Shown: positions 38,911 through 49,600 of the stretch, one piece after another | Layout: each line of letters starts with the position of its first letter | Numbering within the stretch: position 1 is the stretch's first letter | Assembly: GCA_040400605.1 (NCBI GenBank) | Contig: JBBAPZ010000002.1 | Span: forward strand, 33,476 to 97,475 | From: Candidatus Sericytochromatia bacterium | Lineage (GTDB): Bacteria; Cyanobacteriota; Sericytochromatia; S15B-MN24; JAQBPE01 | Direction: 5' to 3' | Length of the DNA stretch: 64,000 nt | Translations under genes and position numbers: made by a program | The notes under the pieces: generated by a model | The model's input: only the letters and a program-made list of their open reading frames with translations | Databases searched by the model: none | Told to the model about the DNA's origin: nothing

Positions 38911-39427
38911 TCCATCATGGACATCCCGTCCCAGTCTACCCGGAAGCCACCCCACTTGAACACGCCACCGCAGAAATTAGACACCCACGCGATCATTCAA
39001 GACCCTCCACGAATATTTTTATTGTCACAACGTTTGCGACTGATAAAATGACTGCCACGCGCCCCCGCATCGGCGACCATTCGGCCGTTTCGACCGAAGC
39101 AACGATAACACCCTCTGGTGTTGCCATTTCAAGTCTTCTCCCGTCTGCTGACCGCATCCAGTGTCACCACACTTGCACTCAGTCAGGAAGTCCGATCGAA
39201 ACCTCTGAAACAGGCAAAGCGAGACGAGCAGGCATAGCAAAGTCGAATGACTGAAACGCACATATTCCATCGCGATCACGAGGCCGCACCTGTCTGGCGG
39301 GTTTCTCGGGCTCAACACCACTGGCCGGCGGTTTTATACGATCACGATCACAGCCAGATGGGGAACGATATGAGACGCTGGCGGGCGTCATTTAAGGTTC
39401 AGAGTATTCAAGGGATCGATCCTGGCT

Positions 39428-40759
39428 GTGCAAACCTCACAAGCAAACCAACAGGAGCCTTTGTCGGACACGCGACAAGAGCGATCGCTCGGGTCCTGGC
39501 GGGTCTGGGTAGAAATGCTCCTCGGGCTGACACTGACACTCGGGGCATCGTGGTGCTGGCAACCGACGGCTGTTCAGTGGCACCCTGGCTTCTGGGTGAT
39601 TCTGATTTTGGCTGCCCGTTATGGTTACGGGGTGGGTGTGGTGTGTGGTGTGCTGACGGCAGGCACGATTCTGTATCAGCACGGCGGATTGCATGAAGTG
39701 CTCTCCGTGGCGGTGGAACGTCAGGGCTTGTTTGAGGTCCTGGTCTATCCGTTGACGGGAACCGTGGTGGGGTTTGTTGCGGAGGTGCCCAGAGAAGAGG
39801 CCCGGCGGGCCCGAGAGCAGGCTGGGGTTTCGCACCGGCGGGCGGAGGATCTGGCGGTGCGGCATGCGGTGTTGTTGCAGGCCAAAGAGAGCCTGGACCG
39901 ACAGATCACCGGCCAGACACAGACCGTTGTCAGTGTTTATGACGCTGCGCGCGAGCTTGAGACCCTGAATCCAGAGTTGATACCCAAGGCGCTCGTTGGC
40001 TTGATGGCGCACTTTTTGGGTGTCGAGGCGGGCGCGGTATATCTCGGCGAGGGTGTCAACGTCTCACTGGTGGCCAGCACAGGAGAATGGGCGCCACGGC
40101 AGCAGTCGATTGCGATCGCCACGTTACTGGAGGCCGATGCTTCAGCAGGCCTGCCGGCGGCGGATTCACCGTGGCTGCTAACTGCAGCCTTGCGGCATCC
40201 GGATGGGCGAGTGCAGGGGGCGCTTGTGATCGAGCACCTGCCCTTTTTGCGCCTGAACGTGGGTTGCCACCAGTTGCTGCACTTGCTGGCGGAATGGGGA
40301 GGAGCTGCCCTGATGCGGGCCGAGGCACACCAAGCTGCGATGGAAGCACGCCGGGACCATCCCATCAGTGGACTTTTGCGTGAGGCTTTCACGCTCGAAC
40401 GGGCCGAAACCGAGTACTCACTGGCGCGACGCTACGATCTTGCCTTATCACTGGTGCTGGTGCATGAACCCAGTCTTCGCGATCAAGATGACGATGACTG
40501 GCGTGCGAGCATCCAGCGGATGGGGGAGTTGTTACGGGGTGCGCTTCGCACCATAGACATCGCGGGACACATGCCATCCCGTGAGCAATTCTTGCTGATT
40601 CTGCCCGTCACCCCACATGAAGGTGCCGAGACTCTGGCGGGCCGCTTGCAAGCGGCGCTGCCAACAGCCCGCATCGCGGTGGGCGCATTTATGAAGGGCG
40701 AGCCGACTTTGTCCGTGATGCTCGCCCGGCTAGAAGCGAAGGTGGCAGCCCGTGGGTGA
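39428..40759 (+). CDS. pelD: PelD-like c-di-GMP receptor (TMs, coiled coil, GAF, degenerate GGDEF)
   Basis: AARYG TM region, GAF-like middle, I-site RTID, no GGDEF; first gene of a pelF/pelG operon. Confidence 0.75.
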   Translation: MQTSQANQQEPLSDTRQERSLGSWRVWVEMLLGLTLTLGASWCWQPTAVQWHPGFWVILILAARYGYGVGVVCGVLTAGTILYQHGGLHEVLSVAVERQGLFEVLVYPLTGTVVGFVAEVPREEARRAREQAGVSHRRAEDLAVRHAVLLQAKESLDRQITGQTQTVVSVYDAARELETLNPELIPKALVGLMAHFLGVEAGAVYLGEGVNVSLVASTGEWAPRQQSIAIATLLEADASAGLPAADSPWLLTAALRHPDGRVQGALVIEHLPFLRLNVGCHQLLHLLAEWGGAALMRAEAHQAAMEARRDHPISGLLREAFTLERAETEYSLARRYDLALSLVLVHEPSLRDQDDDDWRASIQRMGELLRGALRTIDIAGHMPSREQFLLILPVTPHEGAETLAGRLQAALPTARIAVGAFMKGEPTLSVMLARLEAKVAARG

Positions 40760-41774
40760 CGTGCGGCGCTTCGATGATTGGGTGTTGCGCCAGGGCCGTC
40801 TGATTGCGCCGGCTACCGGGGGCCTGGTGGCGATAGTGTTTTGGCTGGGTTATCCCACGGTATCGGTTGTGATTCATGGGCTCGGCGCCTGGATTACCTG
40901 GCGCTTCTGGCGGCTGAGTGAGGCCAGTGAGTCGCTGGTGCCCATGAATGCAGCGACCTTGTCACTGGCCTTTCCGGTGATTGGCCCAGCCCTTGCATGG
41001 GCGGTGCTTACCCGTCAGCAAAACGCGCAAGGTGCGGTGACAGACCTTTACCGGAACTATATCGCGCTGCGTTACGAGCAGCCGCTGTGGGCCCGTCCGA
41101 TCCGGGACCAGGCTCAAATGGCGCAGCGCGAGGCTGCGGTACGACCGATGGTGGATCAACTCCGTTTCGGTGACCTGGCCGCCAAACTGCGAGCGGCAGA
41201 GGCGCTGGCCAGCCTCCCTGAATTCAGTGGGCTTTCCATTTTGCGTGGCGCCTTGGCGCACCCCTCGGAGGATACGCGTCTGATGGCCTCTTTGACCCTG
41301 ATCAGGGTAGAGCAACGCCTGACCGAACGGCTCGAACACGCTCAACGGGCTGCCGCACGGGCACCACAGGACCCCGACGCGACCGAGCGACTGGCGCAAG
41401 GTTTGCATGATCTGATTCAAAGTGGCACCGCGTCCGAACAGGTGAGCGAACCGCTATGGCGACAAATTGAACAGTTGCTGCGAAACCTGCATGCGCAAGC
41501 GGGGGCTCTGAGTGCCGACGGTTGGCTGTTGGCAGCCCGCGCGCGTGCCAGACTGAATGGCCTGCCAGACGCGCTCACCGTGCTTGAAACGGCGTGTGAG
41601 TGCTATCCAGAAGAACCCTCGCTCTGGGCGCAGCGCTGCGCCTGGTTGTATGATGCGCGCGCATTTGCGCGACTGCGAGATTTGGCACCACGCTGGGAGG
41701 CGTTGGTTACCCCAGGCAGTCCAGAAGCAGAGGTGGCACACTTCTGGGTGGGTCACAAGGGCAGGGGTAACTGA
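40752..41774 (+). CDS. pelE: PelE-like membrane protein with HEAT/TPR repeats
   Basis: FPVIGP TM, LRGALAHPSEDTRLMA, TPR-like C-terminus; position in the operon. Confidence 0.68.
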   Translation: MGDVRRFDDWVLRQGRLIAPATGGLVAIVFWLGYPTVSVVIHGLGAWITWRFWRLSEASESLVPMNAATLSLAFPVIGPALAWAVLTRQQNAQGAVTDLYRNYIALRYEQPLWARPIRDQAQMAQREAAVRPMVDQLRFGDLAAKLRAAEALASLPEFSGLSILRGALAHPSEDTRLMASLTLIRVEQRLTERLEHAQRAAARAPQDPDATERLAQGLHDLIQSGTASEQVSEPLWRQIEQLLRNLHAQAGALSADGWLLAARARARLNGLPDALTVLETACECYPEEPSLWAQRCAWLYDARAFARLRDLAPRWEALVTPGSPEAEVAHFWVGHKGRGN

Positions 41775-43258
41775 TGCAGCGTGTCGATGTGTGTCTGCTT
41801 GTGGAAGGCGCCTATCCCTATGTAACGGGTGGTGTATCCTCGTGGGTGCATCGGCTGATCCAGGGCCTGCCCGAGGTGCGTTTCGGCTTGCTGGAATTGT
41901 TGCCGGATCGCGCGTATGCCCAGCAGAGCCGTTACGATATCCCAGCCAACGTGGTGTTGCGGCAGCAGATCTACCTCTTTGAAACCGACGCGCGCGATGG
42001 GGTGTTTCGAGAGCCTGACTCCTCATTCATGGCCCAGTTGTCCCGGTTGCACGCCGACGATGCCACGCTTGGCTGTCCGTTTGTAAAAACGATCGACCGG
42101 CTGGCCCAGACCGCGCGACTTGGCGCATTCCAGCTCGAAACCGCGCGTGCCACGTGGCAGTTTCTGACCAACATGTACCGGCAGCGCGGCCATGATATCT
42201 CCTTTATCGATTATGTCTGGAACTGGCGTGCCACCCACGGGCCCGTGCTGCGTCTACGCGAAGTGCCCTTGCCTGCGGCGGGCATCTACCACGCGATGTC
42301 AACAGGCTATGCCGGGTTTCTGGCAGCCTTGGCACGCGTGCGCGGAGGCACTCGTTTCATCCTAACCGAACATGGTCTTTACACACGCGAACGGGACATC
42401 GAGATTGTGCAGGCCGATTGGATTTATGACGAGTGGGCTGGCCGGTCAACCCGAACGGATGAACCTTTTTTTAAGCGGTGGTGGCGCAGGCAGTATCGAT
42501 TTCTGGGGAAGATGGCCTATGAGTCAGCGGACCGCATCGTCGCACTCAATGGCGTCAATCACGGATTGCAACTGGCAGCAGGCGCTGACCCGACGCGTTG
42601 TGCGATCATCCCCAACGGGGTTGCTCTCGCACGATTCCGTGACCTGCGCGGCACCCGCGACTGGCGCGATCGCCCGTTTCGGGTTGGTTTTATCGGTCGG
42701 GTGGTGCCGATCAAGGACGTCAAGACCTTCATCCGGGCCGTTCAACTGGCCAGCGTGGCGCGTCCCATCGCGGCGTTTGTGATTGGCCCCCTGAATGAGG
42801 ACCCGGGCTATGCGCAAGAGTGCGTCACCTTATCCGAGATGCTGAACCTGAGCGATATCTTGCAGTTTGTGGGAGCGGCGGATGTGCGCGACTGGCTGTC
42901 GCAACTGGATCTGGTGGTGCTCACCAGTGTCTCCGAGGCGCAACCCCTCGTGTTGATTGAGGCCATGGCCAGCGGAATTCCAGTGATTGGGACCCGTGTC
43001 GGTGGTTGTCCCGAATTGATCGTTGGGCGTGAGGGCATCGACCAGTCGTTCGGACCTTCGGGCATCGTGACCCCCGTTGCATCGCCGCAGGCGACTGCCG
43101 CCGCTATCTGCGAACTGGCGAACAGCCCGTTGCGCTACCAGGCGATGAGCCAAGCCGCAGTGCGTCGGGTGGAACACGGCTATGATGAGCAGCAACTGTT
43201 CGATCGGTATCGCAGCATGTATCGAGAACTAGGCGTCTCGCCACGGAAGCCGAATTGA
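41774..43258 (+). CDS. pelF: GT4 glycosyltransferase PelF
   Basis: EGAYPYVTGGVSSW, STGYAG, LTEHGLYTRER, GRVVPIKDVKTF, LTSVSEAQPL. Confidence 0.93.
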   Translation: MQRVDVCLLVEGAYPYVTGGVSSWVHRLIQGLPEVRFGLLELLPDRAYAQQSRYDIPANVVLRQQIYLFETDARDGVFREPDSSFMAQLSRLHADDATLGCPFVKTIDRLAQTARLGAFQLETARATWQFLTNMYRQRGHDISFIDYVWNWRATHGPVLRLREVPLPAAGIYHAMSTGYAGFLAALARVRGGTRFILTEHGLYTRERDIEIVQADWIYDEWAGRSTRTDEPFFKRWWRRQYRFLGKMAYESADRIVALNGVNHGLQLAAGADPTRCAIIPNGVALARFRDLRGTRDWRDRPFRVGFIGRVVPIKDVKTFIRAVQLASVARPIAAFVIGPLNEDPGYAQECVTLSEMLNLSDILQFVGAADVRDWLSQLDLVVLTSVSEAQPLVLIEAMASGIPVIGTRVGGCPELIVGREGIDQSFGPSGIVTPVASPQATAAAICELANSPLRYQAMSQAAVRRVEHGYDEQQLFDRYRSMYRELGVSPRKPN

Positions 43259-44631
43259 TGGCAGGCATTGGATTCACGCTCCGGCGCATGTTGAATGAAG
43301 GGGGGATACTGGGGCCCCTCAAAGCCTTTCACTATGCGGTGATCATCACATCGGGGCCATGGCTGATCAGCAGCCTGTCTCTGGCTGTCCTGTCCATTTA
43401 TGGCGCACTGGGTGCCGAGAGTCACGAGTTCGAGATTTTTCTCGCGCTGGTCGGCTATGCACTGGCCGCGTCGCTAATTAACGTCGGAACGATTCACCAG
43501 GTTGCCTCACGCTACCTGGCGGATCGCCTCTACGAAAACCAGCCCGAATTTTTTGCACCGGCTTTCAGCATGCTGCTCGCAGGCCTTCTCCTCGTTCAAA
43601 CCGTTCTGGCCGTGCTGTTCTTCACACAGGTTCCCCTTCCATTGGCCGTCTTGGTCGCATCGCTCATCATGTTGCTGGCCATCAGTGGAACCTGGCTTGC
43701 CATGACCTTTCTCTCGGCAGCCAAGGATTATCGGGCCATTGCCTGGGCTTTCGTTGGCGGCGGACTTGTGGCAATCGTTGCAAGCATCAACGGGGGACAA
43801 CACTTTGGTCTCACCGGCCAGATTCTGGGCTTCACCTGCGGTTACCTGTTCTGTTTTGCGACGCTCGTCGTTCGCATCACGATCGAGTTTGGCCTTCCCC
43901 TCGTTCGCCCACGCCACCTGCAAACGGCCCTCGTGCGCTTCTGGCCGCTGATTGTTATCGGCTTTGCCTATAACCTCGGGGTCTGGATCGATAAAATTTT
44001 GTGCTGGTACCACCCAAACACCCGCAAGGTGGTCGTGGGAGCCTTGCATGTCGCGCCGATCTACGACAACGCCATGTATCTGGCTTATTTATCGATCATT
44101 CCCGCCCTAGCCTTGTTTCTGGTCCGTGTTGAAACCGACTTCTATGACACCTATCGCACCTACTTCTCCATCTTGCTTGGACGTGGCACGCTCAACGAAA
44201 TCGAGGCCGCTCGCATCCGCATGCGCGACACACTCTGGCGCAACACGGCCCTGATTCTCAAAGTTCAAATCCCACTAAGCGCGTTACTGATTCTGGGTGC
44301 GCCCGCGATCTTCCACGCACTCAACCTCAACTGGGCCTCCATCTTTGTCTTTCGCTTCGGTTGCCTGGGCGCGCTCTTTCACGCCCTCCATTTGATGATC
44401 CTGATCGTGCTGCTGTACCTCGAATATCGCATTGAGGCCCTTTCGCTTGCCCTGGTCTTCGTCACAACCAATGCCGCCTTTACCTGGCTCGCCTTCGATT
44501 GGGGCAATGCCTATCTGGGCATCGGCTACACGATCGCGTGTGGCATCACCCTCGTCGTGGGTGCGGTGATGTTATCAAGCGCCCTGGATGAGTTGGACTT
44601 TCATGTGTTCGTCCGTCAACCTTTGTTGTAG
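43258..44631 (+). CDS. pelG: Pel exopolysaccharide transporter PelG
   Basis: MAGIGFTLR, SGPW, RYLADRLY, GVWIDK, VETDFY. Confidence 0.93.
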   Translation: MAGIGFTLRRMLNEGGILGPLKAFHYAVIITSGPWLISSLSLAVLSIYGALGAESHEFEIFLALVGYALAASLINVGTIHQVASRYLADRLYENQPEFFAPAFSMLLAGLLLVQTVLAVLFFTQVPLPLAVLVASLIMLLAISGTWLAMTFLSAAKDYRAIAWAFVGGGLVAIVASINGGQHFGLTGQILGFTCGYLFCFATLVVRITIEFGLPLVRPRHLQTALVRFWPLIVIGFAYNLGVWIDKILCWYHPNTRKVVVGALHVAPIYDNAMYLAYLSIIPALALFLVRVETDFYDTYRTYFSILLGRGTLNEIEAARIRMRDTLWRNTALILKVQIPLSALLILGAPAIFHALNLNWASIFVFRFGCLGALFHALHLMILIVLLYLEYRIEALSLALVFVTTNAAFTWLAFDWGNAYLGIGYTIACGITLVVGAVMLSSALDELDFHVFVRQPLL

Positions 44632-44638
44632 GTGCCCC

Positions 44639-46690
44639 GTGATTCGTCAAACTCTCTTACTCGCTGTTCTGGGAAGTCTGAATGCGGGTAATCCCCTTTC
44701 AGGCGATGCTGCCGCGCCCTTCGTGCCTGTAGTGCGCGAGATCGTGCTCCTCACCGATGAAGCTACCCAAACCTCTGAACGGGGCGAAACAAGTACGCGC
44801 ATTATCGAAGCGTGCCTGCACCGCCTCGGCTTTTTGGCCCGACACTGGTCCGTGCGTGAGGGCGTTCCTCCAGACGCGCTCATCGACAACAGCGCCGGCA
44901 TCGTAAGCCTCATTCAGCAAAACGTGACGCCCGACCCATCTGCCCTGATTGAAGCATTGAAGCAGTGGTGTGGCCCCGCGCGGCCGCTCATCTTGCTTGG
45001 CGGCTTGGACCCTTTGCTGGGTGACCCGACTGGTCGCACCGTGTCCGACGCGGATGCGAACCGCTTGCTCACGACCCTGGGACTGGAACGTGAGCCAGTG
45101 ACCACCCGTTCCCCGCAGATATCCTGGCACCACGCGCACTGGCCCTGGTTCGAGATCGAGCAAGCCCCCCCGGATCGAAACTGGCGCGGGGTGCACCCCA
45201 TCCAGCCAACTGGTGAGATTGTGGCAGCCATCGCGGAAACCGGCCAGGCCCCATCGGCTGTGGCAGTGGTCACGCCCAACGGGGCATACCTGTCAGAGTT
45301 GGGGGTGCTGCTCAAGCAGAATCCGGTCAGCTTCCGATACCGCTGGCGCTTCGATCCTTACCTGTTCTTCAGCAAAGCCCTGCACTGCGCTGATCAGCCG
45401 ATACCGGACGTCAGTACGGTGAACGGTCGTCGGGTCTTTTTCGCGCACGTGGACGGTGATGGCTTTGCCAACGTCGCCATTGAACCGCGGAGGCGGGTGG
45501 CTGCGCAGGTCTTACATGAAGAATTGCTGATGCATACAACGGTTCCCACCACGGTGTCGGTGATTGCCCGTGACCTCGTCGACAAACCGGTGCTGCAGAC
45601 TCTGGCCCGCCGCATATTTGCGCTGCCACACATCGAAGCGGCTTCCCATTCCTTTACCCACCCCCACGACTGGCAACGCGGCATCGGCACACCAAGTGGT
45701 GCGGTGGCCGACTGGCAAGACGCTTTACTCAATGGGCGGTCGACGACCCTGCTGCCTACCAGAGAAGTTGACCAGTCGCTGGCGTTCGTGCAGGGCCTGC
45801 TCCCCGCCAGCAAGCGTCCTGCCATTTTCTTGTGGTCTGGCATGACGAATCCGTCGGAAGCCTTTCTGGCACGCACGGTGGACTGCGGCGTCGCCAATAT
45901 GAATGGCGGTGACGCGGTGATTGACCCTGATGCGCCCTCCGTGACGTGTCTGGCACCCCTGGCCGAACGCGTGGGGCAGCACTGGCAAGTGTTCACGGCA
46001 GCCGGCAACGAAAACCTGTTCACCAACCAGTGGTCAGGCCCCTACGATGGCCAGCTTGCCTTGCTTGAGCAATTCCGTCTGACGGAAAGCCCCCGCCGTC
46101 TCAGTGCAGCAAACCTGTATTACCACTTCTACGCTGCAGAACGCGCGGCGGGATTACGCGCGTTGAAAGTGATCGACACCTGGGCCAGGCAAACACCCCT
46201 GGCCTACCTCAGCGCGTCGGACTACGCGCGCAGCGTCATGGGTTTCATCAGTGCGCGCTGGCAACGACTTGATGCGGGTGTCTGGCGCTTGCGCGGCTGG
46301 GGCGATTGCCGTACGGTGCGTGTCGATGGTGCTCATTCGGGTGTTGACCTGTCCCGTTCCGAGGGGGTAGCCGGCTACCGGCGCGCGCCGGGGTGTCTGT
46401 ATGTGCATCTGTCGAAGCCGGATGCCACGTTGGTCTTGGCATCTGAGCCGCCGCGGCTACCCCATCTCGAGCAAGCCAGCGCGCCTTTGTCGGACTGGGG
46501 GGTCAGCAACACGCGGGTTCGCGGGGTCTGGCAAGCTCGAGGGCCACTCGAGGTGGTACTGGCGGGTTTTGGAAAAAATCAAGAATTGACGGTCACCGGG
46601 CCGGGGAACCGGCGCGTGCGGGCTGACTCGGAGGGGCGCCTGACGCTGAAAGCGGGTCCCGGCCGGGTGAGCTGGGAGGTGACGTGGTGA
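44639..46690 (+). CDS. PelA-like polysaccharide deacetylase lacking the N-terminal hydrolase domain
   Basis: PDVSTVNGRRVFFAHVDGDGF, EAASHSFTHP, NENLFTNQW, YYHFY; GTG 44639. Confidence 0.82.
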   Translation: MIRQTLLLAVLGSLNAGNPLSGDAAAPFVPVVREIVLLTDEATQTSERGETSTRIIEACLHRLGFLARHWSVREGVPPDALIDNSAGIVSLIQQNVTPDPSALIEALKQWCGPARPLILLGGLDPLLGDPTGRTVSDADANRLLTTLGLEREPVTTRSPQISWHHAHWPWFEIEQAPPDRNWRGVHPIQPTGEIVAAIAETGQAPSAVAVVTPNGAYLSELGVLLKQNPVSFRYRWRFDPYLFFSKALHCADQPIPDVSTVNGRRVFFAHVDGDGFANVAIEPRRRVAAQVLHEELLMHTTVPTTVSVIARDLVDKPVLQTLARRIFALPHIEAASHSFTHPHDWQRGIGTPSGAVADWQDALLNGRSTTLLPTREVDQSLAFVQGLLPASKRPAIFLWSGMTNPSEAFLARTVDCGVANMNGGDAVIDPDAPSVTCLAPLAERVGQHWQVFTAAGNENLFTNQWSGPYDGQLALLEQFRLTESPRRLSAANLYYHFYAAERAAGLRALKVIDTWARQTPLAYLSASDYARSVMGFISARWQRLDAGVWRLRGWGDCRTVRVDGAHSGVDLSRSEGVAGYRRAPGCLYVHLSKPDATLVLASEPPRLPHLEQASAPLSDWGVSNTRVRGVWQARGPLEVVLAGFGKNQELTVTGPGNRRVRADSEGRLTLKAGPGRVSWEVTW

Positions 46691-49600
46691 GGGGGCCCTG
46701 GGGCATTGGTTTACTCGGGGGTTTGCTTGTCGGGGTTGCGACGATCGCGCTGATACCGTCGCGGGTGAATCTGGCCGAAGCCGAGTCCCATGCACGGAAT
46801 CCGCGTGTCGTGCTGGCGGCCCTGGAGACCTTGCATATGCAACGCCCCTCGATGGCGAGTGCAAAGCGTCTCGCAGTGGCTTACGGGAAAAATGGTGAGC
46901 AAGCGCGCGCAATCCGCGTATTGCAGGAGGCTGGAGGGGATTTGCCTTTGCCGGCGTCTGAGCGTCGGCTGGTGCGCCGGTTGGCGCTGGCTGCACGCAA
47001 TCCGGGGCTGGCGTTGCCGAGCTTTGCGCGGGCTGCCCGGGCGGGTGATCCGCAGGCCCACAAGGAGTTTACCGAACTGGCACTCTGGGCCAGGCGGCCT
47101 GAGCTTGCGCTGGCGGGCGAGCGGGCGTGGCTGGCGCGTCAGCCGATGGATCGGCAAACGCTGGTCCGGGTACGCGACCTCGCCCTTGCCACTGGCCACC
47201 GCGCGGAAGCGATCGCCTGTCAGCGACAGATCGTGCAACTTGATGACGGACCAGACGCTTTACAGCGTCTGGTTAGCTTGCATCTCGCGGGAAATGACCC
47301 GTGGGGTGCCTTGTGCGACATGGTGCGTATTCATCCACCGAACACGGTCGCCTTGCACGATCAGGCGGCGAGACTGGCAAACTGGGCAGGTAAACATGCT
47401 GAGGCACGCGAATACGCGTGGGCGGCTTACCTGCTGGCGCCGGATGCTACCCGTGCGCAGGCGATCCTCGCGGGTCTTGGAACGGACCGTTCCCCAAAGA
47501 TGGTCGCACGGGTTCTGCGCTTGGCGGCAGACGCGCCCGGCGATCGCACGTTCCGAAAATCACTGCGCGAATGGTTGCGCGCACGCAAGCAGGCCCAAGT
47601 CGCCGGGCAGCTACTCGATGAGGATGTCGCTCGTTATCCTGATGATTACCGCTTGCATCAAGAAAAGCTCACCACGTTGCTGGCACACCGGGCGCTGGAT
47701 GGCGCGATTGTGGAACTGACGCGCTATCTGGGTGTACGACCGGGTAATCGTGCTGTCCAGCTCAAGCTGGCGCAGGTGCTGGCATTTCGCGGCCAGACGG
47801 CTGCTGCGTGGCAGCGCTACGCCGCAGTGCTTGGCACAGACACCCGGGCAACGCTCGCTGAGCGCCAGGCATGGCTTGCCGTCAGCGGCCCTGCTGATGA
47901 CTGGCATCCCGCAGGACTCGGCAACCTTGAGGCGTTGGTGCGTTTGAGTCCACAAAGTGCCGATTATCGGCGGCGACTGGCCCGTGCACACGCCGACGCC
48001 GGCAACCACAGCGCAGCGATTGCACACCAACGGCAGCTCTTGCGCTCGGCTCAAGCGACTGCACAGGACCGGATTACCCTGGTGCGTTGGCTCATGTGGG
48101 AAAACAAACTCGCCGAAGCCACGCAACGGGTCATCGCCATCCGCACGCCGGTGCCTGAAGATATTTTGAAGACGCTCGCGCAACGCGCCGCCTCCCGCGA
48201 AAACTGGGATGATTGCAGCACGCTGCTTACAGCTTTGATCCGACAAAGACCGCAAGACAGTTTGGCGCACGAATTGCTGGCACTCGCACTCGAGGCGCGA
48301 GGTGAGCTTGCGCAAGCCGCCAGCGTCTGGCAACGCCGCTTGCAACTGGGCAAGGCTGATTCAGATCGCTGGCTGCTGGCGGCTGGCCTGTTCAGTCGCA
48401 GCGATCGCCCTGAACAAGCGCTGGCGCTGCTGCGCGCGATGCCTGAGGTCCCGACACCCGCAGTTTGGCGCACGCGGGGTTTCCTCGCATTCAAGCTGGC
48501 GCATTTCGAGGAGGCGGTTGAAGCGTTTGAGCACGTCCGGAAGCAAACGCCTGGTGATGCCGATCTGTTGTTGACACTGGCTTTGGCGAACGACAAGTGC
48601 GACCGTTTGGTTGCGGCCCAGCAGTTGAGGGAAGATGCGCTGGCATTGCGTCCGAATGACCTCGATTTGCTGACGACTGTTGCGGCATTTTACGTCTATG
48701 GTGCTCACCCCGAGCAGGGCGCAGCCTATGTGACGCGGCTGGTTGAGGCGAACCCGCGGGAGGTGCAGGCTATCCGCGTGGTGGCAGACTTCTATCAGGC
48801 ACGGGATAGCGCTGCAGCCCGGAGGTGGCTGGATGAGTTGCACCACGCGAGTTCCGGGGATGCGCAAACGTGGTTTCGCCGGGCAGGACTGGAAGATGGC
48901 CCGGAGGGTGCGTTTGCAGTGCAGGCTTACGCCAAAGCGGTCACGCTGGCTGAGCAGAGCCAGTCCAGGTTGGATCGCGAGGCCGGCGCCTGGTCGCTTG
49001 AGCGGCTCGATCGCATGGCTGACGCTGAAAAAACCTGGCGCCAGATTGCGCTTGACTTTCCACAAGACGCGACGGCCTTCGCGCGTCTGGCTCGTTTTCA
49101 TCTTGCCAGGGGGGAACTGGAGGGTGCCGATGTCCCGTTGGCTGTTCTGGAACGGCTCGAACCCACGTCGCCAGACACCTTGATACTCATGGCGGATCGC
49201 CTGAAACAGGGTAAACGCGCCGCTGAAGCAGCGGATTTGCTGGCGCAGGTGCCAGACGATGATTCGCAGATTGCGTATGTGAAAGCGGCCGAGGCGATGG
49301 CGCGACATGCCGCCGGCCAGTTCGCAGCCGCACGCGGTGTGGCAAAACGCAACCTCACCGAGCGTCCCGGGTCAAATGATGCCGGCGAGGCCTATCGCTT
49401 GGTGCGGGAAGACGCCGGCTGGGCGCTCAAGTTTGACGGGCAAATCGAACAATATGCCGGATTGGATCGTCAGCAGATGGCCGTGCAAGCGTGGAACCAC
49501 CTGAATGACACCATCAGGGTCGAGACGCGGTTGCAGCACGCGCAATGGGCGTCCGGAACCGTTCGGACGGAACAGGGTGAAGTGGCCCTACAGGTGCATC

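Noticed and set aside
39205..39250. GGCAAA...GCAAAG upstream of pelD resembling a c-di-GMP-I riboswitch
   Set aside because: No GNRA-capped P2 stem, no GACGC junction and no evident P3 pairing
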